A DNA stretch of 64,000 bases. Origin: Candidatus Nomurabacteria bacterium (GTDB taxonomy: Bacteria; Patescibacteriota; Dojkabacteria; SC72; JAHDCA01). A program made the position numbers and the translations under genes. The stretch's first letter is position 1, and every line of letters starts with the position of its first letter. The notes beneath the pieces were generated by a model, which made no database searches, was not told the origin of the DNA, and was given only the letters and a program-made list of their open reading frames with translations. Below, one piece after another: positions 47,338 through 56,449 of this stretch. The stretch covers positions 85,106 through 149,105 of the forward strand of contig JACKFR010000001.1 of the NCBI GenBank assembly GCA_020632375.1. The letters run 5' to 3'.

Positions 47338-48087
47338 CTATACATCAAAAGTCTTTGCACCTTCTGGTTTTGGCTGCTTCAAATATAGCTTTGTCAGAGG
47401 TTCCTTTATAAGATCTGGTACATCTGCATGGAAGAACCTTAATGACACTGCGTAAAGGGCCTGCGCCACCGCATAATAATCACCTTCTGTAACTTGGTTC
47501 ACAAATCTACTTTCATTTGTTGTCCATACATCACTAGGTCTCATTAAGTTATCATAAGCCTGTAATAAATTAGCGATACCCGTAGGATTTTCTACCTGGT
47601 CACGGAGTATGCCGACAGCAGTAGAATAAAACCCACGTTTGTCACATTTCAAAACTCTGCCTTCTTCATCGACAAAATAAATAACATCATCAGGTTTTTC
47701 TCGGAATACGGCTCCGATTATCCTTACGTCGGTGTCCTTGGGGTTCGTCTTATCAGTTCCCACAAGCATCACAATCTCTGCACCATGACCATCTTCATCT
47801 GCTATCGCAAATACGCCTATTTGATTGTCACCTTGACTGGAGGTAAATTTAACTGCTTGTAGTGAGTCAAGCTTACTCTGAAGGGAATCTCTTTCTACTG
47901 TGTCTTGAGGGTTTGGGTTCTCTCGGTCATAATCCTCTAGCGCTTGTTTTGCAGACGCTACTTTTTGCGGGAGGTTATACATATAGCTTGTCATGCTTTC
48001 TCTACCATTCTTTACAACCTCAGCTTGGGTAACCTCGCCTTGACCTGACATGGTCACGACACTAGGAGTTCCGTTAAAAGCACTCAT
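47338..48087 (-). CDS. Hypothetical protein
   Basis: 249-aa ORF with no TM segment and no motif recognised. Confidence 0.5.
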   Translation of the reverse strand: MSAFNGTPSVVTMSGQGEVTQAEVVKNGRESMTSYMYNLPQKVASAKQALEDYDRENPNPQDTVERDSLQSKLDSLQAVKFTSSQGDNQIGVFAIADEDGHGAEIVMLVGTDKTNPKDTDVRIIGAVFREKPDDVIYFVDEEGRVLKCDKRGFYSTAVGILRDQVENPTGIANLLQAYDNLMRPSDVWTTNESRFVNQVTEGDYYAVAQALYAVSLRFFHADVPDLIKEPLTKLYLKQPKPEGAKTFDV

Positions 48088-48234
48088 AAATCTTTATACT
48101 CAAATTATCCTCAATAAACTTGTACCTCAGATTTTTGGAGAAATCAATTGCAGCTCAAGCATATATATCCTTTCTTTAGACTTTATCGAATCTTAATAGT
48201 ATAATCCCGATATATAAACTTATAATATATTCTT

Positions 48235-48531
48235 ATGCCACCGTACAAGACAGCATTAGAAGATGGTCACACTTTTTCTTTAACTAGCCGTCTTAAGGCA
48301 GAAGGGATTACAGTTGAACCAATTTTAGCAAATAGCCCAGATGGGGCCGAAGTTCCAATTGGTTGGATTTATGGATATCCAGACGGTTCCCATGCTGTAA
48401 CTGTAGCAGTCCAGATCGGCCGACAAAATGGTACAGAGGGAACAATAGTTTATGAAACAACCCGTTACAACCCGGATGGTGATGTGATTGCGGGACCGAG
48501 CATTACTCCCCCTTTAGATCGTCCTATATAA
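48235..48531 (+). CDS. Hypothetical small protein
   Basis: 98-aa ORF, Gly/Pro/Thr-rich. No motif recognised. Confidence 0.4.
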   Translation: MPPYKTALEDGHTFSLTSRLKAEGITVEPILANSPDGAEVPIGWIYGYPDGSHAVTVAVQIGRQNGTEGTIVYETTRYNPDGDVIAGPSITPPLDRPI

Positions 48532-48587
48532 AAGTTAAAAAATTTCGTCTTGCAGTGGGTTATCGGGCGTGGTTTAATTAACTAGCT

Positions 48588-49241
48588 ATGAAGACTATAT
48601 TAATCACAGGTGGAAGCAGGGGAATAGGCAAGGCTACGTGTCTCAAATTTCTCGAAAATAATTGGAGAGTTTTAACGACCTCCACATCGGGAAAACTTGA
48701 TTATAAGAATCAAAATCTTCAAAACTATCAACTGGATTTATCTAATTCTGAAAGTATCAAGGCATTTGTTTCGCAAGTGCACTCTATGCCACTTGATGTG
48801 CTAGTTAATAATGCTGGGATATCTGGGGGGTTTAGTGAAAAGCTTCTTGACCCCAAAATACTCCGAAAAGTTCTCGAAGTAAACCTGATCGGGCTTGCGG
48901 ATCTGACTAATAGGCTAATCGGGAATATAAAACCGGAAGGAAGAATAATAAATATCTCATCTGGTATGGGTGCATTTAGCGAAGATATTATGGATGGCTG
49001 GATGCCATCTTATAGGATCTCTAAAGCAGCATTAAATATGTATTCTAGAACTCTTGCTGCGAATCTAAAATCAAAGGATATCGAGGTGTGTTCATATGAA
49101 CCAGGATGGGTCAAAACTGATATGGGCGGTAAAAGTGCTCCTCGAGAGCCGTCACACCCAGCAGAAGAAATCTGGAACCTGGTAGCGCATGGCTTCGAGA
49201 ATGGCGTGTTCTACGGTCCTACCGGTAAAAGGGAATGGTAG
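48588..49241 (+). CDS. Short-chain dehydrogenase/reductase (SDR)
   Basis: Cofactor motif TGGSRGIGKA, NNAG, and catalytic S...YRISKAALN. Confidence 0.85.
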   Translation: MKTILITGGSRGIGKATCLKFLENNWRVLTTSTSGKLDYKNQNLQNYQLDLSNSESIKAFVSQVHSMPLDVLVNNAGISGGFSEKLLDPKILRKVLEVNLIGLADLTNRLIGNIKPEGRIINISSGMGAFSEDIMDGWMPSYRISKAALNMYSRTLAANLKSKDIEVCSYEPGWVKTDMGGKSAPREPSHPAEEIWNLVAHGFENGVFYGPTGKREW

Positions 49242-49261
49242 TTTAACCTTAATTCTTCAAA

Positions 49262-49945
49262 ATGTCGTACAACCTTGATTCACTTCAACTGACCTCTTTG
49301 TTTAGCGATTTCGATATTCTTCAGAGTCAGCATGGTGCAAGCCGCTATAACGCCATATATGGTGCCGGCGAAATCCAAAAACCAAAAATCTGTCTTGTGT
49401 TTATGAACCCAACCGCAAGAAATGTTTCTGCATCTCAGGACTGGGACGGGATCCGTGCGCCATGGGTAGGTACCAAAAATATCTGGAAAATGTTCTATCA
49501 ACTGGGAATTTTTACTAATTATGAGATAGTTCAGAAAATTGAAAAGATAAAGCCAGATGAATGGACTCCAGATTTCGCTTATGACCTATACAGCGAAGTA
49601 GCTAAAGAATCAATCTATATAACTAACATTGCCAAGTGTACCCAAGAAGACGCACGACATGTTAAGAACGACGTATATAAAGACTATCGGGACTTGATGC
49701 TCCAAGAACTTGACGAAATTCAGCCTGAAGCTACTTTTGCGTTTGGAAACCAGGTAAGCTCAGTCTTGCTTGGGCGTAATATTTCAGTGTCTAATTATAC
49801 CGGAGAATCTGACGAGATTCTTTCAACTAAGCAATATTCTCATAAGATCTACCCGACATATTATCCAGTAGGGCAAGGGAGAAGAAATATTAGCAAATCC
49901 ATAGAAAGAATAAATGCAGTTTTAAGAATAGAATCAGTTGACTAA
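49262..49945 (+). CDS. Uracil-DNA glycosylase superfamily protein with divergent motif A
   Basis: ICLVFMNPTARN resembles the G(I/M)NPG motif A of MUG/SMUG-type UDGs. IYITNIAKC and FAFGNQV follow the UDG-fold pattern. Motif B is not the canonical HPS. Confidence 0.5.
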   Translation: MSYNLDSLQLTSLFSDFDILQSQHGASRYNAIYGAGEIQKPKICLVFMNPTARNVSASQDWDGIRAPWVGTKNIWKMFYQLGIFTNYEIVQKIEKIKPDEWTPDFAYDLYSEVAKESIYITNIAKCTQEDARHVKNDVYKDYRDLMLQELDEIQPEATFAFGNQVSSVLLGRNISVSNYTGESDEILSTKQYSHKIYPTYYPVGQGRRNISKSIERINAVLRIESVD

Positions 49946-49993
49946 TAAGGTCTTTCTGGGTATCTTGGGGTAAGTATTTTATCAGCAATAATA

Positions 49994-51340
49994 ATGAGTC
50001 AATTGAGTCTCAATTTAAGCTTAGGAGGAAGTCCTGAGGGTTCTCAAGTCCCCGCAACTGGAGATCAGAGGTTGTTTAATGCTATTGTCGCAAGAAATCA
50101 TCCTGATATACTCCCTACCGATCCTACTTATCTTGTCTTGCCCATAGCGATCACTGAAAAAATGAGTGAATCGCAAACTTATTTGGCGGCTGATTTGTTT
50201 GATGAATATGGGGTCTTTAACCCAACCGAACTCAATACAATAAGACAAAGCGACGGCCGAATTATTAGACAGACTGTTGCGGCCTATTTTTTTAATCACT
50301 GTTCTTTGGATGCACATGCCGCTTCTGAGATGATCTTTAATAATTGGCAGCAAGCTCGTGAGACTACTGGGGTAGCATCTCAAGTTGATGCATACGCAAG
50401 GAGAACCCAACCTGAAATCCAGGGAGACCTTAACTACTACATGATAATCTCTTTGCTTACACTGAACCCTACTGCACCTTTTGAATTAATAAGCACAGCT
50501 ATACAGACCTATCCTTGGTTGAGAGAAGGTACAGCCCTTAGTGATATGAATACAAGAATGCAAGCTACGATGGATCTATTCAGGAGTCTTCTTGATGAGG
50601 AGAGCCTTAATGTTTGGAGAGCTACTGTTCAAGATCAAATCAATAGCTGGGATTTTGAGTCTGATGATCCCACTGCCAGCGACAAAATGAAAGAGCTGAT
50701 TAAAGAGATGTTACTTGGTAAGCCTGAAGTAGAAGCGAAGTCTGAGGATGCAGTCATAGATCCGGACTCAAATAATGTGGAAGTGACCGTCCCTGATAAT
50801 AAGTTTGCGGATTTAAAAACCTTAGTCGAAGCCTATAGCCAAGCCGAGGTGGCTCCTCCCCACCCTGAGGGACTACCTTCTCTTGATTTCACACAAATCG
50901 CATATCTTGAGCTGACACAAAGGCTGATTACCGAGAACCCCATACATAGTTCATCCGAAGTCGCTCAGATTGCAGTTGTTCAAGCCATGCTTTCTGCTCT
51001 TGTAGAGGGAGATTCGAGACTTCTACAGAAGTTGCCTATGCGCTTAAGTCCGAGTGATCCTAGTTTAAGTAAGTTTACTTTAGATGTGATTGTCCCAATA
51101 AGAGGTGCGTGGCTTGATTTTGTAGATGATCACCCAGAGTTTAGCTCTGAGGGTCAACAGTTTAATATATATTCAACTGTTCCTGGTGCCCCAGAACTGT
51201 TTGATCAGTTTGTTGCCCAGGTTCGCGAGAGATTACCTGTCCTGCTGGGAATTGAGGGAGTTGAGTCTGGCGATGGAGATACGGACAGTGTGGGCGAGGG
51301 TTCTGGTAGCCAAACTATCTATTCTCAGGGTCTCCGCTAG
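49994..51340 (+). CDS. Hypothetical protein
   Basis: 448-aa acidic ORF with no TM segment and no motif recognised. Confidence 0.5.
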   Translation: MSQLSLNLSLGGSPEGSQVPATGDQRLFNAIVARNHPDILPTDPTYLVLPIAITEKMSESQTYLAADLFDEYGVFNPTELNTIRQSDGRIIRQTVAAYFFNHCSLDAHAASEMIFNNWQQARETTGVASQVDAYARRTQPEIQGDLNYYMIISLLTLNPTAPFELISTAIQTYPWLREGTALSDMNTRMQATMDLFRSLLDEESLNVWRATVQDQINSWDFESDDPTASDKMKELIKEMLLGKPEVEAKSEDAVIDPDSNNVEVTVPDNKFADLKTLVEAYSQAEVAPPHPEGLPSLDFTQIAYLELTQRLITENPIHSSSEVAQIAVVQAMLSALVEGDSRLLQKLPMRLSPSDPSLSKFTLDVIVPIRGAWLDFVDDHPEFSSEGQQFNIYSTVPGAPELFDQFVAQVRERLPVLLGIEGVESGDGDTDSVGEGSGSQTIYSQGLR

Positions 51341-51403
51341 ATGGGGGGATCCCTACCTTCATATATATAGCAGACATACTTAATTATCTGCTAGAATCTT
51401 GAT

Positions 51404-52501
51404 ATGAAAGATTTTCTTATTCAGCTGTTATCATATGAGACTACAGCAGAAAGGCCTGATCAACTTCGGAATGCCGTTGATTTAGTTGAAAAAGAAGTAT
51501 GTGAGCTAGGCTTAAAAGTTTGTCGGTTTGAAAAGAATAAAAAGCCCTCAATCGTATTAACTTCTGACGGTTCAAAGTCGCCGGACATCTTTCTTTCTGG
51601 ACATCTCGATGTTGTTCCTGGTTCACCTATGCAGTTTAAGCCTCTTGAGCGTGATGGAAAAGTATATGCAAGGGGTGCCAGCGATATGAAAGGACCTGTT
51701 AGTGCAATGCTGTTTGCATTTAAGGAACTTGTTAAGATGAGTGATACGAAGAACGCATCAGTAGGTCTGATGCTTACTACTGATGAAGAAGTTGGTGGGT
51801 TTAACGGTACAAAATATCTTCTGAATGATATTAGATTTAAATCTAAGGTTGCTTTTGTTCCGGATACAACATCTCTTGTTCCATACGAAGTCTGCACAGA
51901 CGAAAAGGCCGTTTGGCATATTAAGATCTCTGTTTCAGGAACCGAAGCTCATGGATCCCGACCATGGTTGGGTGTAAATGCTATTGAGAAATCAATGGAT
52001 ATATCAAGACAAATCAAGACATCATTTGATAATAAGTGGGGTACACCAAGTCAGGACTTTAACTGGATTCCCTCTGTGAATATCGGAAAAGTTATTGGTG
52101 GGACTGCGACAAATAAAGTACCCGAAAAGTGTGAACTTTACTTAGATATCCGTTTTCCGGAAGGTATCTCCTTTGAATCGGTAAGTAATATTGTCTCGGA
52201 GATTGCTTCTAGAAACAACGCTCTTATTGAAACACTGGTATTTGGTTCGTCCAACCATATAGATAAGTCAAACTATTATCTGTCCAGATGGGTTGATGCA
52301 GTAGAAAAAAATACCTCGCATGATGTAAAATATTTCCGTACTCATGGAGCCTCAGATGGTAGGTACTTTCACGAGCTCGGTATTCCCTGTGTAATGAGCA
52401 AACCACATTGTTCACTTACGCACATGAAAGATGAGTGGGTTGATTATGATTCACTTGTTGAATTCAAAGATATAATAAAAGAGTGGGTTTTAAGTGTTTG
52501 A
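51404..52501 (+). CDS. M20-family metallopeptidase (ArgE/DapE/CPG2-like)
   Basis: LSGHLDVVPG, ARGASDMKGP and TTDEEVGG metal and catalytic motifs. Confidence 0.85.
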   Translation: MKDFLIQLLSYETTAERPDQLRNAVDLVEKEVCELGLKVCRFEKNKKPSIVLTSDGSKSPDIFLSGHLDVVPGSPMQFKPLERDGKVYARGASDMKGPVSAMLFAFKELVKMSDTKNASVGLMLTTDEEVGGFNGTKYLLNDIRFKSKVAFVPDTTSLVPYEVCTDEKAVWHIKISVSGTEAHGSRPWLGVNAIEKSMDISRQIKTSFDNKWGTPSQDFNWIPSVNIGKVIGGTATNKVPEKCELYLDIRFPEGISFESVSNIVSEIASRNNALIETLVFGSSNHIDKSNYYLSRWVDAVEKNTSHDVKYFRTHGASDGRYFHELGIPCVMSKPHCSLTHMKDEWVDYDSLVEFKDIIKEWVLSV

Positions 52502-52680
52502 GAAGCGTAGGTAATTGGGTATGTTTGGTTTTTGTATGGCAAGATTTCTTAAATAACGCTTTCACCCAAACTAATCGGTCAAAGTCATCTTGCAGCTAGG
52601 GATCTCTCTACCCTGATAGATATTGACTTTTAAGCTTCTGGAGAAGAGAATGTTTGATAATAAGTTTAGGATACCTTGCT

Positions 52681-52830
52681 ATGAAAATAAAGCCTAACTT
52701 TGTAGTCTTTCTTCTTTTCTTTGGGGTCGCACTTATTACGGCTATTCAAGACCGAAACTGGCTTTTAACTGCATTCTGGTTTGCTATCGGATTTGTCTTC
52801 TTCTGGAGCGATCTGAGAAAAGACACGTAG
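52681..52830 (+). CDS. Possible small two-TM membrane protein (49 aa)
   Basis: ATG to TAG ORF not in the supplied track: MKIKPNFVVFLLFFGVALITAIQDRNWLLTAFWFAIGFVFFWSDLRKDT. Two hydrophobic helices. Weak RBS. Confidence 0.3.
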   Translation: MKIKPNFVVFLLFFGVALITAIQDRNWLLTAFWFAIGFVFFWSDLRKDT

Positions 52831-52945
52831 AGACAACTCCCAGTGCTTTCTAGTGGTTAGGCTTATTAAGCTTTTCAGCTTAATCGAGCTTCGTATCTTG
52901 ACTATCCTTTTGTAATATTGCCCATAGATCATTCAAGTGGAGTTA

Positions 52946-52974
52946 TTGACTTTAGGGTATAAGGGGTGTAATAT
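52946..52974 (+). promoter_or_regulatory. Sigma70-type promoter immediately upstream of lexA
   Basis: TTGACT (52946-52951), 17 nt spacer, TAATAT (52969-52974). The lexA ATG at 52980 is only 5 nt past the -10, so the transcript may be leaderless or nearly so. Confidence 0.5.
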
Positions 52975-52979
52975 GAGGT

Positions 52980-53651
52980 ATGTCTTCATTATATCCTCTT
53001 ACCAAAAAACAGAAAGAAGTTCTCAGGCTTATCGAAAAAAGTATCGATAAGCACGGCTTTGCTCCATCTCTGGGAGAAATGCTTTCAGATCTTGGGTTCT
53101 CTTCAAAGCGAAGCGTGACTTTTCATTTAGAAGCGCTCGAACGAAAAGGATATATCACCAGAACTGGCCAGGCTAGAGGAATATATTTAAATACTCCGTC
53201 TAACGGTCAATTCTTTTCGGTTCCTCTTGTTGGTTTTGCCAATGCTGGATTACCGATGGTTATTGCAGAAGAAGGTGATTATGGTGAGATCACTGTTGAC
53301 AAGAAACTTCTGAATAGAAAAAGAAAAGTTTTTGGTTTAGAACTTCGCGGAGACTCTATGGATAAGCGTTTTTTGAATGGTATACCCCTGAGTAACGGCA
53401 ATTATGTAATAGTCTCGAAAGATTCAGAGTATAAAAACGGAGACGTTGTTCTTGCCGTGATCGATAATGCGGCAACAATAAAGTCTTTTAAGAGAGAAAA
53501 AGATAGAATTGTGCTTTACCCGGAATCTTCCAATAAGCGGCATCATCCGATATATATTCGCTCTGATGGGGAAGCTATGATTACAGGGAAAGTTTTAACA
53601 GCACTTTCTAATCCTCGAACCAAGCAGATCACTGACACTAGTAAGAGCTAA
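52980..53651 (+). CDS. lexA: LexA repressor (wHTH plus S24 autopeptidase)
   Basis: N-terminal LTKKQKEVLRLIEKSIDKHGFAPSLGEM wHTH. Cleavage-site context VGFANAGLP (Ala-Gly). Catalytic Ser in RGDSM and Lys in ATIKSF. Confidence 0.9.
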   Translation: MSSLYPLTKKQKEVLRLIEKSIDKHGFAPSLGEMLSDLGFSSKRSVTFHLEALERKGYITRTGQARGIYLNTPSNGQFFSVPLVGFANAGLPMVIAEEGDYGEITVDKKLLNRKRKVFGLELRGDSMDKRFLNGIPLSNGNYVIVSKDSEYKNGDVVLAVIDNAATIKSFKREKDRIVLYPESSNKRHHPIYIRSDGEAMITGKVLTALSNPRTKQITDTSKS

Positions 53652-53673
53652 TTTTATATATTGCTTAATTATT

Positions 53674-54084
53674 ATGTCTGGGTTTCTTGCACATTCGCAG
53701 TCTATTCCTCTTTTTTCTTCTACTGTTTCTGCAGGATTTCCTAATACCGCAGAAGATATGGTTGAGCAGGGATTAAACCTTCATGAACATTTAGTTAAGA
53801 AGCCTGCGGCGACATATTTTCTTCGGGTTTGTGGGAATTCAATGATAAATGCCGGGATCCATTCTGGAGACCTGCTTATTGTTGATCGCTCCCTTGAGCC
53901 TAAAGACGGCAATGTTGTAATCGCAAGTCTTGATCGGGAGTTTACTGTGAAAAGGCTCCGTTTTTCTGGCGGTAAGTATTGCCTGTATCCAGAGAACCCT
54001 GCATATAAACCAATCTTTCTTGATCAAACCAATGATATTGAGGTCTGGGGTGTTGTAATTAGTGTAATTCACTCTTTAATTTAG
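53674..54084 (+). CDS. umuD: UmuD-like S24 peptidase subunit of translesion polymerase V
   Basis: Collinear with E. coli UmuD. VSAGFPNTAEDMVEQ (cleavage region), ATYFLRVCGNSMINAGIHSGDLLIVD (Ser), EFTVKRL (Lys). Confidence 0.85.
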   Translation: MSGFLAHSQSIPLFSSTVSAGFPNTAEDMVEQGLNLHEHLVKKPAATYFLRVCGNSMINAGIHSGDLLIVDRSLEPKDGNVVIASLDREFTVKRLRFSGGKYCLYPENPAYKPIFLDQTNDIEVWGVVISVIHSLI

Positions 54085-54095
54085 GCTCTCAAGCT

Positions 54096-55376
54096 GTGGA
54101 AAAAACTGCTTTTGCACTGGTGGACTGTAATAATTTCTTTGTCTCATGTGAGAGAGTGTTCGCACCTCAGCTTCAGCGAAAACCTGTTGTTGTGCTTTCG
54201 AATAATGACGGCTGCATTGTCTCCCGCTCTGCTGAGGTCAAAAAAGCAGGTATTCCTATGGCAGCACCCTATTTCAAAGTAAAATCTCAACTCAAAAAGC
54301 TAAAAGCCACGGCGTTGTCTTCTAACTATACTCTTTATTCTGACATGTCTAAAAGAGTCATGGATACTCTTCGCTCGGTATGTTCATCTGTAGAGGTTTA
54401 TTCTGTCGATGAGGCTTTTCTTCTTATTGATTCGGTGCCACCCGATAAATATACCGAATACGCTAAGATGCTTAGAGATAAAGTTTATCAATGGACCGGA
54501 ATTCCGGTTTCAGTCGGAGTCGGTTCTACTAAAACCCTTGCAAAGCTAGCGAATGAGATTGCTAAGAAAGACCTTGATCTAAATGGTGTATTAGACCTGA
54601 CCTCTTTATCTGAAGAGAAATCCGATGCTTTTATGGCAAAAGTTCCCTTGCAAGATGTATGGGGAATTGGTTGGGGGTTTGCCAGACGTTTTAATGAAGA
54701 GGGTATCGAATCAGCCCTTGATTTTAAAAACCTCGATCCTCAAAGAGTCAGAGAATTTACGAATGTAATGGGGTACAGGACATCTCTTGAGTTACGAGGT
54801 ATAGAGTGTTTTTCGCTAAATGATTCTCCAAATATTAGAAAAGGGATTGCTAGTACAAGGTCTTTTGGCAGACCGGTTTTTAAGTATACAGAACTTGAAG
54901 AATCTGTGGTGACCCATGTAACCAATGCTTGTGAAAAGCTCCGTCGACAAGGCTCTTTTGCTTCTCAGATTTCTGTTTTTATTAAAACAGGGAAACATAC
55001 TAGGAAAGCCTACTATTATAAAAATGCTACATCTAAGAGACTTCCGGCTCCCTCTTCCGAGACAGAGGATTTTGTAAAAGCAGCACTCGAATGTTTGAAA
55101 GAAATCTATATTCCGGGTGCGAGGTACAAAAAGTCAGGGGTTTATTTATCTGGTATAAATTCGCTAGACAGCTTTCAGATGAATTTGTGGGCTAATCCTA
55201 TAACTGAAACCCGCAAGAAAATTAAGACTATCACGGTTGATGAAATAAACCGGACTTGGGGAAGTGGTACTATAAAGCTTGCATCTTCTGGAATTTCACG
55301 TAGTTGGCAGATGAAGAGAAATCACCTTTCTAGTAGGTATACTACAAATTGGGATGAATTACCGAAAGTTAAGTAA
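54096..55376 (+). CDS. umuC: Y-family DNA polymerase, UmuC-like
   Basis: FALVDCNNFFVSCERVF, VVVLSNNDGCIVSRS and SVDEAFL catalytic motifs. GTG start 12 nt after umuD. Confidence 0.85.
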   Translation: MEKTAFALVDCNNFFVSCERVFAPQLQRKPVVVLSNNDGCIVSRSAEVKKAGIPMAAPYFKVKSQLKKLKATALSSNYTLYSDMSKRVMDTLRSVCSSVEVYSVDEAFLLIDSVPPDKYTEYAKMLRDKVYQWTGIPVSVGVGSTKTLAKLANEIAKKDLDLNGVLDLTSLSEEKSDAFMAKVPLQDVWGIGWGFARRFNEEGIESALDFKNLDPQRVREFTNVMGYRTSLELRGIECFSLNDSPNIRKGIASTRSFGRPVFKYTELEESVVTHVTNACEKLRRQGSFASQISVFIKTGKHTRKAYYYKNATSKRLPAPSSETEDFVKAALECLKEIYIPGARYKKSGVYLSGINSLDSFQMNLWANPITETRKKIKTITVDEINRTWGSGTIKLASSGISRSWQMKRNHLSSRYTTNWDELPKVK

Positions 55377-55390
55377 TATACTTCTTTGTA

Positions 55391-56239
55391 ATGGATGAGA
55401 TAAAAATATATGAAAAGTTTTTAGGGAGAAAGAACAATCGAGATACTTCAAGAAAGAGTCTCCTTCGGAGAATTCTCATATTGGCCGTATTTGTAGTCGC
55501 TCTGTTCGGAGCCTATTTTGCTTTGTTTCAGTCTTCTTTTACACAAATTAATAATGTCACTGTAAAAGCTATCCGTAGCGATTCAAAACTATCGGATAAC
55601 GAAACAATACTAGTTGAAGACTCAGTTCTTAAAGTGGCTTCTGGCAAAAATATCTTTCTTATGCCTATCAGTGAGATTGAGGACGCTGCATATCATGCTT
55701 CCCCGTATGTCCAAGAAGTTAGTGTACATAAATCATTTCCCAGAAAGCTTGTACTAAAGATCTCGAGGCGAGAAGAAGCGATATCAATTGCTTCATACTC
55801 TAATTGTGTTGTCTTAGATAAGTTCGGGTATACACTGGAGTATGAAAAGAAAGATCTGGCGGAAGACGTTTCGATCGAGAAGATCCAAAAGGCGTGTTCA
55901 GCCTTCGTCAAGAAATATGATCTCCCTGTCTTATATGTTAAATCTTTAAAGGCAGAGTTTAAATTAGGTAAAGAGTCTACTTTTTATGATATCTCTAAAT
56001 TCGTGCAGCTTATAGGAATACTTAGAGCCAGCGAGTATGAGCCAACACAAATCGTGTGGGATAAAGATGAGTATACTGTAACCACCAAAACAGAACAGAA
56101 GATAATTTTCTCGTCTTTGCAAGATTTTGAAGTTCAGCTTAAAAGGTTTGTTGTTGTCGCAGACCAGATTATTTCAAATGACATGGAGTTTGTTTCTCTT
56201 GATCTAAGATATGAGCGCCCTGTTTTAAGACGCAAGTAA
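55391..56239 (+). CDS. ftsQ: Cell division protein FtsQ/DivIB
   Basis: Short cytoplasmic tail, one TM helix, POTRA-like segment (INNVTVKAI...VHKSFPRKLVLKISRREE). Positioned before ftsA-ftsZ. Confidence 0.75.
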   Translation: MDEIKIYEKFLGRKNNRDTSRKSLLRRILILAVFVVALFGAYFALFQSSFTQINNVTVKAIRSDSKLSDNETILVEDSVLKVASGKNIFLMPISEIEDAAYHASPYVQEVSVHKSFPRKLVLKISRREEAISIASYSNCVVLDKFGYTLEYEKKDLAEDVSIEKIQKACSAFVKKYDLPVLYVKSLKAEFKLGKESTFYDISKFVQLIGILRASEYEPTQIVWDKDEYTVTTKTEQKIIFSSLQDFEVQLKRFVVVADQIISNDMEFVSLDLRYERPVLRRK

Positions 56240-56391
56240 TACTTTTCATGGTCGGATCTACATATATTGGTTTCACGGATTATCTCAACGTTTGTTTATA
56301 AAGGCTTTTATTTTGATGAAGCCTTAGAACTGCTGTACTCTTGCGAACGGCGAGAAATTCTTATATATTAAGTTGGTAATGGACAAGGATC

Positions 56392-56427
56392 TACACAATT
56401 GTGTATTCTTACAACCGAACCTAATAT
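56392..56427 (+). promoter_or_regulatory. Candidate ftsA promoter overlapped by a perfect 14-bp palindrome
   Basis: TACACAATTGTGTA (56392-56405). Its right half supplies TTGTGT (56399-56404), then a 17 nt spacer, then TAATAT (56422-56427). Confidence 0.45.
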
Positions 56428-56449
56428 GTGAAACTGCTCTTTAGGACAA

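Noticed and set aside
52866-52883. The inverted repeat TTAAGCT-TTTC-AGCTTAA as the LexA operator.
   Set aside because: It lies about 60 nt upstream of the -35 rather than over the promoter. It matches no known LexA-box class and could equally be a weak terminator for the small upstream ORF. It is mentioned in the SOS finding but not called as a feature.
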